Of a stretch of DNA of 64,000 bases, positions 1 to 9,997 are shown piece after piece. The stretch spans positions 64,001 through 128,000 of the forward strand of contig CAVWLW010000054.1 of NCBI GenBank assembly GCA_963755715.1, written 5' to 3'. The notes beneath the pieces were generated by a model. The model was given only the letters and a program-made list of their open reading frames with translations, had not been told where the DNA came from and ran no database searches. The number at the start of each line of letters is the position of its first letter. The stretch's first letter is position 1. This DNA comes from an uncultured delta proteobacterium. GTDB lineage: Bacteria > Desulfobacterota > Binatia > UBA9968. Both the position numbers and the translations under genes were made by a program.

Positions 1-178
1 CGAGCGCAGGTTTCTCAGGCGCCGACCGAAGGAATCGAATTTACTCGCGTGAAACTAAAGCGTGAACGACTCATGGCCGACTTCCGCTCGAAGAACTCGA
101 TTTGGAGCTGAAGCGGCGTAACGGGCGACAATCTAATTTTTTGTCAGGCTCGTCGCAACGCTCGCGAAAAATCGGTCG

Positions 179-1085
179 TTACTTTGTTTTTCGCGCTTCG
201 ATACCGGCCGCTTCTTCCTGCAGACGAAATAGCGACGCCGTGCTTTGATCCGACCAACCGCGGTTGATCGCTTCGATCATGATTTGTTCAACCCATGCCG
301 CGATCGGCATCGGCACGTTGAGCCGGCGCCCCAATTCGTTTGCCAGGCCGACGTCCTTTCGCGATAAACCGATGCCGAAACTGGCGGGTGCTTCATAATT
401 TCCTTTGAAGACAGTTTCGGAGAAACTCTTGAGCAACTGGTTCAGTTGCACTTCCAGGCCCCAGTGCATGCAACGCCAAAGAAGCTGAGGATCGACTCCG
501 GCCTTGGCACCCAAAACGATCCCTTCGCCGATCGCCAAGCCGATGCCGCGGCGAACCAAATTATGCGCCAACTTGATCACCGTACCGGTTCCCAATTCGC
601 CGGTGTAAACAACCGTGTCGCCGAACGAATCGAGAACGGGTTTCGCTTCACGAAAGGCCTCCGGAGGTCCGGACGCTAAAACCTGTACACTTTTATTGGC
701 GATACCGTTTTTACCAACGATGAGTGGCGCATCCATCACCCGCGCGCCGTGCGGCTGAAACTCGCTTTCAATGCGTCGAATAAGATCCGGATCACTGCTG
801 GAAAGATCCACGTAGAGACTGTTTTCGTGAATACCCTGCAAGAGCCCCGTGGGTCCGAGAGCGACTTGCTGGACTTCCAGGGGACCGGGAAGGGAAGTAA
901 AAACTATTCGACAGTGGCTGCGCCACTTCGGCCGCCGATACAGCGGCGCGCGCTCCTTGGGCGACTGGTAATTGCACCGCCTCCGGACGGATATCGTAAA
1001 CCATCATCGGGTACCCGGCCTTGCGAATATTTCCGGCGACGGTGCCGCCAATGGTACCGAGACCGACAAAACCGATTGTCTCCAT
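179..1085 (-). CDS. NAD(P)-dependent oxidoreductase, 3-hydroxyisobutyrate dehydrogenase family (one frameshift near 917)
   Basis: N-terminal IGFVGLGTIG Rossmann motif (ORF 792..1085) joins ORF 179..841 (DAP, KLAHN, KDVGLA motifs). Removing one base near 917 restores ...AEVAQHCRIVFTSLPGP... Confidence 0.85.
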
Positions 1086-1161
1086 GCGAACGCCTCCTAG
1101 CTATATAAGGATCAACGCCATCAGCGAAGGACCGAGCTGCGCGCTTCCGTGGCACCGGCGC

Positions 1162-1653
1162 TTAGCCATTAAAAATAAAAAATTTGCGCATGGCATAATT
1201 AATCATCAGCGCCGCAATCAGGTTGGCACCGAAGGCATAAGTCGTCAGCATTCCGAAACGCCGGATAAGAACTCCCATCACCGATGTGCCGATGACGATG
1301 GAGACGCCTGAAACCAGATAGAAAAGCGCGATTTCCACGAGCCAGTAATAACGCCCCGGAACGAATACCCAGTAAATGTTGAGCAGATACGCGACCAAAT
1401 TAGAGACTAAAAAAGCCGCGCCATTGCTGAGCATAGAGTTGCGCGAGCGCGTGGCGTCGTCCAATTCTTTGATCGGCAGCTTGAAAATCTTGACAAACCA
1501 ATCCTGTGGTTGCAGAGCAAAAAACACTTTCCATGCGATCAGGTGAAAAATAGTGATGTGGGTTGCCGTGGCAATGCATCCGCTGATTGCGTACTTGATG
1601 AATTGAAGCAAGTTGCCTGAATCGTTGCCGAGCAATGATGCGATGGCGTTCAA
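1162..1653 (-). CDS. GtrA family membrane protein (putative polyprenol-phosphate-sugar flippase)
   Basis: 163 aa, about 4 TM segments, QFIKYAISG...N..AF...AYLLN..WVF...NY..RKFFIF pattern. Confidence 0.85.
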   Translation of the reverse strand: MNAIASLLGNDSGNLLQFIKYAISGCIATATHITIFHLIAWKVFFALQPQDWFVKIFKLPIKELDDATRSRNSMLSNGAAFLVSNLVAYLLNIYWVFVPGRYYWLVEIALFYLVSGVSIVIGTSVMGVLIRRFGMLTTYAFGANLIAALMINYAMRKFFIFNG

Positions 1654-1974
1654 ACCGATATCTCCTTTTCACTCAAAGAGAACTCTCCAAGAAACTCATG
1701 CAGGCAGCTTCGATCCGTTGCCCTCGAGAATAATCAACCCGCGCGCGGCAGATTCCATTGCTGCCAGACACTTGTCACCCTCGGCGCAAAACACACAATA
1801 ACACCCAATACCGCTAATATTTCGCGCGGCATGCCCAATTTGAGCCCGGCGCCGATAGATGCAAAGGAGTTCTGGGGAGGATCTCGTTAGACGAAAGTCA
1901 CCTCACGGATTCATTCGCATATCGCTTGTTCAGAAAAAATCTCCAAGACGCCGAAAATCACGTTATTTCAGGAC

Positions 1975-2296
1975 TCAGTAACCGACGGCGTAGCCGTCGC
2001 GTCTCGGGTCAGCAGCGCCCATTAGCACTTGGCCATTCTCGTGGAGACGGATCACCTCTACGCCTCCGAACGCGAATTCCCACGGACCGCGGACTTTAAC
2101 TTCATAGCCATTCCCGGTCAAGAAACTGCTTACAGCGTCGGCAAAGCGGCTTTCTAATTCGACGCAGCCCGTGCTTTCACTTTGCCAGCGCGGCGCTTCG
2201 ACAGCCGCCTGAAGGTTCATGTCGAAATCAAAGAGATTACATATGGTTTGCGCGAGAAACTGCGTCTGGCCGAAACCTCCGGGCGTGCCGATGGCG
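1975..2296 (-). pseudogene. Gamma-glutamyltransferase C-terminal remnant
   Basis: AIGTPGG.GQ.Q...N..DF.MNLQAAVEAPRW...GAADPRRDG matches the GGT small-subunit end. Only about 107 codons remain, with no catalytic Thr region and no start. Confidence 0.75.
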
Positions 2297-2380
2297 TCAC
2301 TTATTACGCGGCGCCGGAGGCAATCCCGACCTTCACGGCAACTTCGGCGAACGGCCGGCGCACTGCCGCGACGAAGAACG

Positions 2381-2737
2381 TTAAACCGGCCAGCCGTGCT
2401 GTGAGAGATCGATAGGCGTGCCGTCCGGATCGTGCACCCGATACTCCGCTTCACGATTGGCCGGACGTTTCTGGATATCCGTTTTAGCGCCGAGGTCCTT
2501 GCATACAGGCCTGAGCTCCTCGATGTTTTCCACTTCGAAGCCAAAATGATAAAGGCCTTCCTTGTAGTTACCGCGTTTTTGAATGATGGCCAAATTCAAA
2601 TAACCGTCCGATAGATAAATCGCCGGTCCGACTCCATCGATCACCTTCATGCCGAAAGCCGTCGTGTAGAACTTGACCAGCCTTTCGCGATTATCCGTAA
2701 CGATTGCTAGATGACGAATACGTGCCATTGTGATCAA
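2381..2737 (-). CDS. VOC/glyoxalase family protein
   Basis: RIRHLAI...FY..AFGM...GLYHFGFEV...DPDG..IDL. Confidence 0.9.
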   Translation of the reverse strand: MITMARIRHLAIVTDNRERLVKFYTTAFGMKVIDGVGPAIYLSDGYLNLAIIQKRGNYKEGLYHFGFEVENIEELRPVCKDLGAKTDIQKRPANREAEYRVHDPDGTPIDLSQHGWPV

Positions 2738-2763
2738 GCCTCCTCTTTCTATGATTTGATTGA

Positions 2764-3762
2764 TTACTTATACAAACGATCGATAAACCCTTCCGTCGCC
2801 AAACGCTGCACCGGCGTGAAATACAGGTAGCGGTTGATATCGATGCCGGCCAACTTTGGCGCGACTCTGTAGCTGATTTCTAAAGTATTTTTGATCGCCT
2901 TCTCCGACGGTATCGGCACCCGATCCACTTCCTCTTTGTAACGTTCATAGGCGCCCTGTACCATCTTCGCATCTATGCTTCTCATGTATTTGCGCATGAT
3001 CTCCACCGACTTCTCACGATCCTTTACCAAAACGGCAATCGCCCGAATGTAGCCGCGCAGCACGTTTTGAACGACTTGTGGATTTTCCTCGGCAAATTTT
3101 CGCGACGTCCAGAGCGCGTCAATGATGAGAGGAATGGGCTCGAGTTGCATGATCTTGAGACCGCGTTCTTCAGCGACGGGCACAACGATCTGCGAAATCG
3201 GCGCCGCGTGCACCTTGCCGGTGCTGAGAGCTGCCAGCCGTGACATCGTTCCGCCGACCGCGAGGTAGGTCACGTCCTTGTCGGGATCGAGGCCGATATT
3301 GCGAATGACCATGCGCGCGATCTCGCCTGCTCTTCCGCCGATCTGCGAGGTGGCAATAATTTTCCCTTTTAGCTCCTGAGGACGGCGGACATCTTTAGAT
3401 ACGGCGAAGACGTAGGGTAAAACATTCTTCGCCGAAGCCAACAAGACAATATCCGCTCCACCTGCAATCGCGCTCAAGGCGGACACCGCATCGCCCGTCA
3501 TAAATTGGGTAGAGTTGGCAAGGAGACTTTGGATCGACAAACGCCCGCCCTCCATGTAGACGAGCCGCGCATCGATACCGTATTCCTTGAAAATTCCCGA
3601 CTCCCTGGCGATCCACAGCGGCGCCGACTCTCCGGTGAGACCGGGGTAGGACATATCGAGCTGTTGAGCCGATACAGCCTCCCAAGCCGCTAATTGCAGT
3701 AATACCGCGCAGGCGAAATTAGCGATGGCAAACTTTAATCTCATACATCCTCCCGTGCTCAC
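2764..3762 (-). CDS. ABC transporter substrate-binding protein, NMT1/SsuA/THI5 family
   Basis: Signal peptide, PLWIARESGIFKEYG, ELKGK, GLDPDKDV motifs. Confidence 0.88.
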   Translation of the reverse strand: MSTGGCMRLKFAIANFACAVLLQLAAWEAVSAQQLDMSYPGLTGESAPLWIARESGIFKEYGIDARLVYMEGGRLSIQSLLANSTQFMTGDAVSALSAIAGGADIVLLASAKNVLPYVFAVSKDVRRPQELKGKIIATSQIGGRAGEIARMVIRNIGLDPDKDVTYLAVGGTMSRLAALSTGKVHAAPISQIVVPVAEERGLKIMQLEPIPLIIDALWTSRKFAEENPQVVQNVLRGYIRAIAVLVKDREKSVEIMRKYMRSIDAKMVQGAYERYKEEVDRVPIPSEKAIKNTLEISYRVAPKLAGIDINRYLYFTPVQRLATEGFIDRLYK

Positions 3763-4474
3763 ATCATCGTGAGGAGTTTCCCGAATCTTTGAATCGGGGT
3801 GCGTATTTTTAATGTTTTAAAAGCCATCCAGATCTCGGACGTCAAATGACCTACGGCCGGAAGCCGCAAATCGGATTCGATCTCGTTGATGACCTCCAGC
3901 GCCGGAAACTGCGGACAGGGTAAATACAGACCTTCGATTTTGGGCGACTGTTTGACGGCTTGCTTTGCAGCCGCGTAAACGTCGGCTTCTGAGACGTCGC
4001 CGATTCGAGTGAAGTCGGCGCCGAGGCTGACGACGGCATCGACCTCGAACCCATGAGCTTTCATGAAAGCGACCACGGCGTCGTTCAACTCGGATGGATA
4101 AGGATTCACCAGCCCGACCCGCCGCACCGACAAAGCCCTGAGTGCTTCCATGCCGGCGACAATGCTGGTGGTTGCCGGCGCGTTTGTCAGTGTTTCAATT
4201 TTCTTTATAACCTCGCGCTCATAACCCTTGCCTTGACTCACGACCAGCGGAACACCCGCGTGAATTATAAAATCACATTTTCGCCGGCCCAGCTCGGTCG
4301 CGCATTCTTCGATCCGCGCCAGCCCTGTTCTATACGCGTCGGCCTGCCAGCCGTCGATCATGCAGGTAACCCCGATCAGGCCGACCCCGGGCGGAACGAT
4401 GCGATAAAAATCGTACGCGATCATTTCGAAGACGACGGACAGAGATAGCCTATTCTTGCGCGCCAACCGAACAT
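3759..4474 (-). CDS. Arylmalonate decarboxylase/maleate isomerase family protein (1-nt deletion near 4432)
   Basis: ATG at 4474 reads MFGWRARIGYLCPS. Adding one base joins FEMIAYDFYRIVPPG, matching the paralog at 4831..5547. NPY and LPC motifs present. Confidence 0.85.
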
Positions 4475-4506
4475 GGACTTATGCCCTCTGGGTACGAATT
4501 CGCCCT

Positions 4507-4749
4507 CTACTCCTGTTCGAGGGTGCTTTCCGGATGTCGCTCCTGGACTTCGCTGATATACTTCTGAAGCTCACCTTCGCGCTCCGAAGCGTCTGCTTTG
4601 AATCCCGTGTGGTGCGCGCCCAAAAGAAAATCAACATGACCGTCGTTTTCGACTATTTCCAAGAAATAGTTGGTGCCGAATAATACTTGAACTCTCTTGT
4701 ATCCGTTTTGGCGGTCGCCCTCCACGACGACCGATCTTATCTTAGCCAT
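4507..4749 (-). CDS. Hypothetical 80-aa protein
   Basis: Strong GGAAGGAG RBS, ATG start, protein-like composition. Confidence 0.7.
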   Translation of the reverse strand: MAKIRSVVVEGDRQNGYKRVQVLFGTNYFLEIVENDGHVDFLLGAHHTGFKADASEREGELQKYISEVQERHPESTLEQE

Positions 4750-4830
4750 ACCCTGCTCCTTCCGTAACTGTCGGTGAATTGAGTCTATTGCGTAACAGTT
4801 TTTTTCGTCAGCGACCGGCGCATCTACGGG

Positions 4831-5547
4831 CTATAACATGCGCATCAATTTGCCATATCCGGAGATTTTCTCGCGCATGCCAATGGCTTTGAATCCGACA
4901 TAGAGCTGAGAAGTGATGTTGCTGATAACCGGCAAGCCAAAATCGGTTTCTATATCGTCAATCACGTCGACCACCGGAAAATTTGCGCAAGGAATGAAAA
5001 CCGCTTGCGCATTTCCGGCTTCGTTGACGGCGCGCTTGGCGGCGCGGTAGATGTCGCCGACCGACGCGATGCTGGACTCCGTGAACGAAGTACCGAGGCT
5101 AACCAGTGAAGCGACTTCAAAACCCCAATCCTTCAAGTACGCCGTCATCTTGGCGTTGAGATCGGGCGGATATGGATCAACCACCGCTAATTTCGTCGCC
5201 GAAAGATCGCGAAAAGCATCCATCGCCGCGACTATGCTGGTCGTGCATGGGACGCCGAGGATTTCTCGTAGCTGGGCCAAAAGTTTGGTTTCGAATCCTT
5301 TACCTTGGCTCAAAACCAACGGCGCGCCGCCGTGAATGACGAAGTCGCAAGAGCGGCGGGCAAGTTCCCGAGCACACGCTTCGACCTGCGCCAGAGCTCG
5401 TTTATAGGCGTCCTCCTTCCATCCTTCGACCATGCAGGTCACAGCGATAAGGCCGACTCCTTCGGGGACGATACGGTAAAAATCATAGGCGTTGAGCTCC
5501 ATCACGGAAGGTGAGATGTAACCGACTCTGGCGCGGTATCCGAACAT
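4831..5547 (-). CDS. Arylmalonate decarboxylase/maleate isomerase family protein
   Basis: MFGYRARVGYISPS start with AGGAG RBS. DPYP, IPCANFP and PVISN motifs. Confidence 0.88.
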   Translation of the reverse strand: MFGYRARVGYISPSVMELNAYDFYRIVPEGVGLIAVTCMVEGWKEDAYKRALAQVEACARELARRSCDFVIHGGAPLVLSQGKGFETKLLAQLREILGVPCTTSIVAAMDAFRDLSATKLAVVDPYPPDLNAKMTAYLKDWGFEVASLVSLGTSFTESSIASVGDIYRAAKRAVNEAGNAQAVFIPCANFPVVDVIDDIETDFGLPVISNITSQLYVGFKAIGMREKISGYGKLMRML

Positions 5548-5735
5548 GGGACAGACTCCTTTCAAAAACCAAATCCGCCGAAACGTGCTTTCACGGTGGA
5601 TCAGTTGCCAAGCGGATTCAAGGCTTGGAGACAATTGACGCAAGCCGCGGTCGCTCCGTCGTCGCTTCGTGCGCTGACAACTTTCTACTGCATGCAAATA
5701 AAGGAAGGAGCCTGAACTCGGCAATCCAAGCTTTT

Positions 5736-6953
5736 TTACTCGTATCTCAGCGCGTCAATAGGATCCAAGTTAGCCGCCTTCTTGGCGGGGTAAAAACCGA
5801 AGAAGACGCCGACGGCGCCGGAGAAGAGAAAGGCGATCGCGATGATCGCAGGATCGATAAGAGTCGGCCACTGCGCCCATTGTTTGATGACTTCGGAGCT
5901 GCCGACTCCGAGAAGAATCCCGATCAAGCCGCCGGTGGCGGCCATGACGACGGCCTCGACGAGAAATTGCAGCATGATGTCGCGGCTGCGCGCGCCCACG
6001 GCCATACGGATGCCGATCTCGCGCGTCCTTTCCGTCACCGACACGAGCATGATGTTCATGATGCCGATGCCGCCGACGAGGAGAGAAATCGACGCGACGC
6101 TGCCGAGCAAGACGGCCATGACGCGGGCGGTGGTCGTGGCCGCCTCGGCAATATCGGATAGATTGCGCACGTTGAAATCGTCTTCGCGCTCGGGACCGAT
6201 GCGGTGGCGCTGGCGCAAAAGCAAAATAATCTGTTCCTGGGCTTCTTCGACCCGCTCGGCGCTCACGGCCTTGACGACGATGCTCTGAACCCAGGTGATA
6301 CGCATGAGCCGCTTCTGCATGGTCGTGTAGGGAATCATGATCGTATCGTCTTGATCCGTGCCCTGTCCCGTCTGCCCTTTCGCGCCGAGGACGCCGACCA
6401 CACGGAACGGGATGTTTCGGATGCGGATAACCGCGTCCAAAGCATCGTCGTTGCCGAAGAGTTGGCGCGCCACCGTTTGGCCGATGACGGCGACTTTGGC
6501 GGCGCTGTCCATGTCGCCCTCGTGAAGAAAACGGCCCTCAGCCACTTGCCAGTCGCGGATCTGCTGGAACTCCGGCGCGACTCCTTGGGCCAAAGTGCCC
6601 CAGTTCAAGTTTCCCGCGACCACTTGATCCTGGCGCCGCAGCACTGGCGAGACAAACGCCACCGAAGGCAGCTCGCGCGCCATCGCCTTACCATCGCTAT
6701 CGAGCAGGGTATTGACGTTGCCGAAGCCGGCTCTAACGCCGCCCTGCACGTTGCTTCCAGGCAACACGATCAGAACATTGGTGCCAAGCGCGGCGATCTG
6801 CGCGCGGATCGTCGACTTGGCGCCTTCGCCGATCGCGACCATCGCGATCACGGCGCCGACGCCGATGATGATGCCGAGCATTGTCAAGAAAGCCCGGAGC
6901 TTATTTCTCGCGAGCGCGCGCAGCGCGATGCGCAAGGTCATAAAGGCTTGCAC
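5736..6953 (-). CDS. MacB-like ABC transporter permease
   Basis: LTMLGIIIGV, GGIGIMNIMLVSVTERTREIGIRMAVGA, PAKKAA.LDPIDALRYE. Confidence 0.95.
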   Translation of the reverse strand: MQAFMTLRIALRALARNKLRAFLTMLGIIIGVGAVIAMVAIGEGAKSTIRAQIAALGTNVLIVLPGSNVQGGVRAGFGNVNTLLDSDGKAMARELPSVAFVSPVLRRQDQVVAGNLNWGTLAQGVAPEFQQIRDWQVAEGRFLHEGDMDSAAKVAVIGQTVARQLFGNDDALDAVIRIRNIPFRVVGVLGAKGQTGQGTDQDDTIMIPYTTMQKRLMRITWVQSIVVKAVSAERVEEAQEQIILLLRQRHRIGPEREDDFNVRNLSDIAEAATTTARVMAVLLGSVASISLLVGGIGIMNIMLVSVTERTREIGIRMAVGARSRDIMLQFLVEAVVMAATGGLIGILLGVGSSEVIKQWAQWPTLIDPAIIAIAFLFSGAVGVFFGFYPAKKAANLDPIDALRYE

Positions 6954-7667
6954 TTAATGCTCCACCTTCGCAATCACTTGTTCGCTGACCCGATCGGAAA
7001 TCACCAGACCGTCGCGAAAGATAATCTGCCGCCGCGCATACGCCGCAATATCGGCTTCGTGGGTGACGAGAATAATCGTGATGCCCTGCCCCGTGTTCAG
7101 TTGCTGAAACAAAGCCATGATTTCGTTGCTGGTGGCGGAATCGAGATTGCCCGTGGGCTCATCGGCAAGAATCAGCGGCGGCCGATTGACCAGCGCGCGT
7201 GCGATCGCAACCCGCTGTTGTTGGCCGCCGGAAAGCTGGTTGGGCATATGGTCGAGGCGTTTATCCAGTCCAACTAAAGACAGCACTTCGATCGCCCGCT
7301 GATGCCGTTCTTGGCCCGCAAAGCCGTTGTACATCATCGGCAGCTCGACGTTTTCGAGGGCTGTCGTGCGGGAGAGCAAATTGAAGCCTTGAAAGACAAA
7401 GCCGATCCGCTTGTTGCGGATATACGCCCACTGATCCGGCTTCAGCGAGCCGACCTCATGTCCCTCCAAGAAATATTTGCCTGTGTTCGGCCGATCGAGA
7501 CAACCGAGGATGTTCATCAAAGTCGACTTGCCCGAGCCCGATGAACCCATCACCGCAACAAATTCGCTGTGCGCGATCGTCAGATTGATGCCGCGCAGTG
7601 CCGGCACCTCGACATCGCCCATCCGGTAAGTTTTATGGACATCTTCGACGCGGATCAGCTCGCTCAT
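6954..7667 (-). CDS. MacB/LolD-type ABC transporter ATP-binding protein
   Basis: Walker [36 protein letters not shown]. Confidence 0.95.
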   Translation of the reverse strand: MSELIRVEDVHKTYRMGDVEVPALRGINLTIAHSEFVAVMGSSGSGKSTLMNILGCLDRPNTGKYFLEGHEVGSLKPDQWAYIRNKRIGFVFQGFNLLSRTTALENVELPMMYNGFAGQERHQRAIEVLSLVGLDKRLDHMPNQLSGGQQQRVAIARALVNRPPLILADEPTGNLDSATSNEIMALFQQLNTGQGITIILVTHEADIAAYARRQIIFRDGLVISDRVSEQVIAKVEH

Positions 7668-8965
7668 CGGAAACCTGGGCGCGGCTGCGCCGGCTGGAAC
7701 GGATTGACCGTTGCGGATTGACCCTGGTTGGCGCTGCTCGACAGACCGATAATGATCGGGTCGTTTTCCTTGAGCGCACTGTCGATCACCTCGCTCTTCG
7801 AGCCGTCGGTGATGCCAACCTGGATCTCGACCGGTTGGGCTTTGCCGTCTTTGAGCAGGTAGATTTTCACCTGGCGCACCTGGCGCGCTTCGGCAGCCTC
7901 GCGCCGCCGCTGCCCCCGGCGCGGCTTGTCCGCCGCGCGGCCGACTCGCGGCGCCGCCGTTCGGCTTTGCTCCTGGCGCAACAATTCTTGGCTCTCGTTT
8001 TTCTCTTCCGGCGGCTTGAAACGCAGCGCCATGTTCGGGATCGTCAGCGCGTCTTCCTTTTCGCTTACGAGGAATTGCACGTTGGCGGTCATGCCGGGCT
8101 TGAGCAGCAGATCTTTGTTGTCGATCCGCACCACGGCATCGTAGGTCACGACGTTTTGAATGATCGTCGGCGCGTTGCGCACCTGGTGCACTTTGCCGCG
8201 AAAGCGGCGCGCCGGAAACGCGTCGACGGTGAACGTCACCGGTTGCTCTTGGCGCACGTTGCCGACGTCGGCCTCATCGACGCTCGTATGAACCTCCATC
8301 TTGGCGAGATCGTTGGCGATGGTGAACAGCGTCGGCGCTTGCAGGGACGCCGCGACGGTCTGACCCACGTCGATATTGCGTGAAATAACCATGCCGTCGA
8401 CCGGCGAGCGAATCACGGTATTGTTCAAATCCACCATCGACTGATTCAAGCCAGCTTGAGCTTGAGCGGTCTGCGCTTGATTGACGTTCAGTTGCGCTAA
8501 CGCGGCATCGTAGGCGGTTTGCGCCGCATCGAGGTCACTCTGTGCCATCAACTCCCGCTTGCGCAGCTCGCGGCTCCGCTCCAAAGTCCTGAGCGCATCT
8601 TCCACGCTGACCTTCGCTTTGGCATGATTCGCTTGCGCCGCCAAAACATTGGCCCGCGCTTGGTCCACCGCCGCTTTAAACTTGTCTTGATTCAGTTGGG
8701 CGACGACCTGCCCGGCGTTCACCTTGGTATTGAAATCGGCGAGAAGCTTGTCGATCGTGCCGGACACCTGGCTGCCGACTTGCACGGTGACAACGGCTTG
8801 CAATGTACCCGTCGAAGACACCACTTGGCGCACATTGCCGCGGCTCACCGGCACAGTGAGATAAGGCGATTCGGTGGGAGCGCCGAGGTTGCGCCAATAG
8901 GCGAATCCCGCGCCGCCGATTAAAAGCAGCGCCGCTCCGGCGAAGACAATCTTTTTAATCTTCAT
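7664..8965 (-). CDS. MacA-like efflux periplasmic adaptor subunit
   Basis: N-terminal TM, VGSQVSG, helical hairpin, IRSPVDG.VI, GQTVAASLQAPTLF, LKPGMTA. Confidence 0.93.
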   Translation of the reverse strand: MKIKKIVFAGAALLLIGGAGFAYWRNLGAPTESPYLTVPVSRGNVRQVVSSTGTLQAVVTVQVGSQVSGTIDKLLADFNTKVNAGQVVAQLNQDKFKAAVDQARANVLAAQANHAKAKVSVEDALRTLERSRELRKRELMAQSDLDAAQTAYDAALAQLNVNQAQTAQAQAGLNQSMVDLNNTVIRSPVDGMVISRNIDVGQTVAASLQAPTLFTIANDLAKMEVHTSVDEADVGNVRQEQPVTFTVDAFPARRFRGKVHQVRNAPTIIQNVVTYDAVVRIDNKDLLLKPGMTANVQFLVSEKEDALTIPNMALRFKPPEEKNESQELLRQEQSRTAAPRVGRAADKPRRGQRRREAAEARQVRQVKIYLLKDGKAQPVEIQVGITDGSKSEVIDSALKENDPIIIGLSSSANQGQSATVNPFQPAQPRPGFR

Positions 8966-9441
8966 GGAGGCGTCTCTCGCAAAAGACGGAACACCTTGGC
9001 CGCAAAATCATTCGGATCGCGCTGAGCCATGCGCCGATAAGTCAAACCCGTGGTAATTTCCGCGTTGGGCTCTTGATCTTCGATCACTTGCTCGAGGGCG
9101 ACGCGAAAGCGCGACACGGGCGCGGCGCCGGTCATTTCATATTCCAGCTCGCTCACACGGCCCTTGAGATAGTAATTTGTTTTGAAGTCGCTCAGCATGA
9201 GCGTGATCTTGCCGGTTTTTCTGAGATTGTTCGCCGTCGAGCTGTTTTTCCAGAGCGCCATATCTAAAGTCGATGCACTTTTAGCAATCACTTCATAATA
9301 GGATAACAAAGCCGGATGCGCCCAACCGTCTTCATCGATGGTAAAGATCGGTATGATCTTGCCTTCCTGAGCTTCGATCGCTGCGCCACTCAGGCGCTGC
9401 AACAGCTCGGGCGGCAATTCTTTTCCCAATAGTTGCGACAT
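8962..9441 (-). CDS. Pyridoxamine-5'-phosphate-oxidase-like split-barrel flavoprotein (candidate prFMN maturase)
   Basis: FTIDEDGWAHPALLS..E...S.T..NL...GKITL split-barrel pattern. The maturase role is inferred from context. Confidence 0.75.
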   Translation of the reverse strand: MSQLLGKELPPELLQRLSGAAIEAQEGKIIPIFTIDEDGWAHPALLSYYEVIAKSASTLDMALWKNSSTANNLRKTGKITLMLSDFKTNYYLKGRVSELEYEMTGAAPVSRFRVALEQVIEDQEPNAEITTGLTYRRMAQRDPNDFAAKVFRLLRETPP

Positions 9442-9479
9442 GATGTCTATTCTCCTCGACGATGGGTCTTATACCCGAT

Positions 9480-9953
9480 CTAACGATCGAGAACCAGCTC
9501 CTGCCTCTTGCCAAACCCTTGGGCGTTATCGATATAAAAAACCTTCTCCGGCGTAACGCAGTAAAATTTGACCTTGAGGAACGCCTTGTAAAAAACTCCG
9601 CTGCTGGGATCGGTAAAGAGCTTGATCACACCCGGATACTTACGCGCGTAAACGGCCATCGCCTTGGCTTTTTCCAGGACGCCGTCGACGAGCGCGACCT
9701 GGCCTTCGAGTTGAATCCCCTTGATCTCGCGCCAGTCGTGGTAGTCTTCCTGAATCGTGACCGCGACCTTTGAGTTTAGAGCTAGATTCTGGCAGTGCCG
9801 CGAATCGGGTGCGGAGAAGAAATACAGCTGTAAATCATCGCTGGCAAAAAACACTGTCGCCGCCCACGGCGCATCACCGGCGCAGGTCGCCAGCGTCATG
9901 GTGTTGTGTGAGCGAAGATAATCGAGGATTTGGCCTTTCAGTTCGTCAGCCAT
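9480..9953 (-). CDS. Pyridoxamine-5'-phosphate-oxidase family (YhbP-like) FMN-binding protein
   Basis: MTLAT...PWAA.VFF...YFFS..DSRH.QNL..N.KVA.TI...I.GIQ.EG. ATG at 9953. Confidence 0.85.
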   Translation of the reverse strand: MADELKGQILDYLRSHNTMTLATCAGDAPWAATVFFASDDLQLYFFSAPDSRHCQNLALNSKVAVTIQEDYHDWREIKGIQLEGQVALVDGVLEKAKAMAVYARKYPGVIKLFTDPSSGVFYKAFLKVKFYCVTPEKVFYIDNAQGFGKRQELVLDR

Positions 9954-9997
9954 TGTCAACTTCGAAGTTTGCGCAAAAAAAACGGCGATTCCACGAG

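Noticed and set aside
1-111. Possible 3' end of a plus-strand gene
   Set aside because: Only 36 codons with no identifiable motif.
5511-8383. Plus-strand ORFs of 216-357 aa opposite the MacAB genes
   Set aside because: Antisense shadows of well-supported minus-strand genes.
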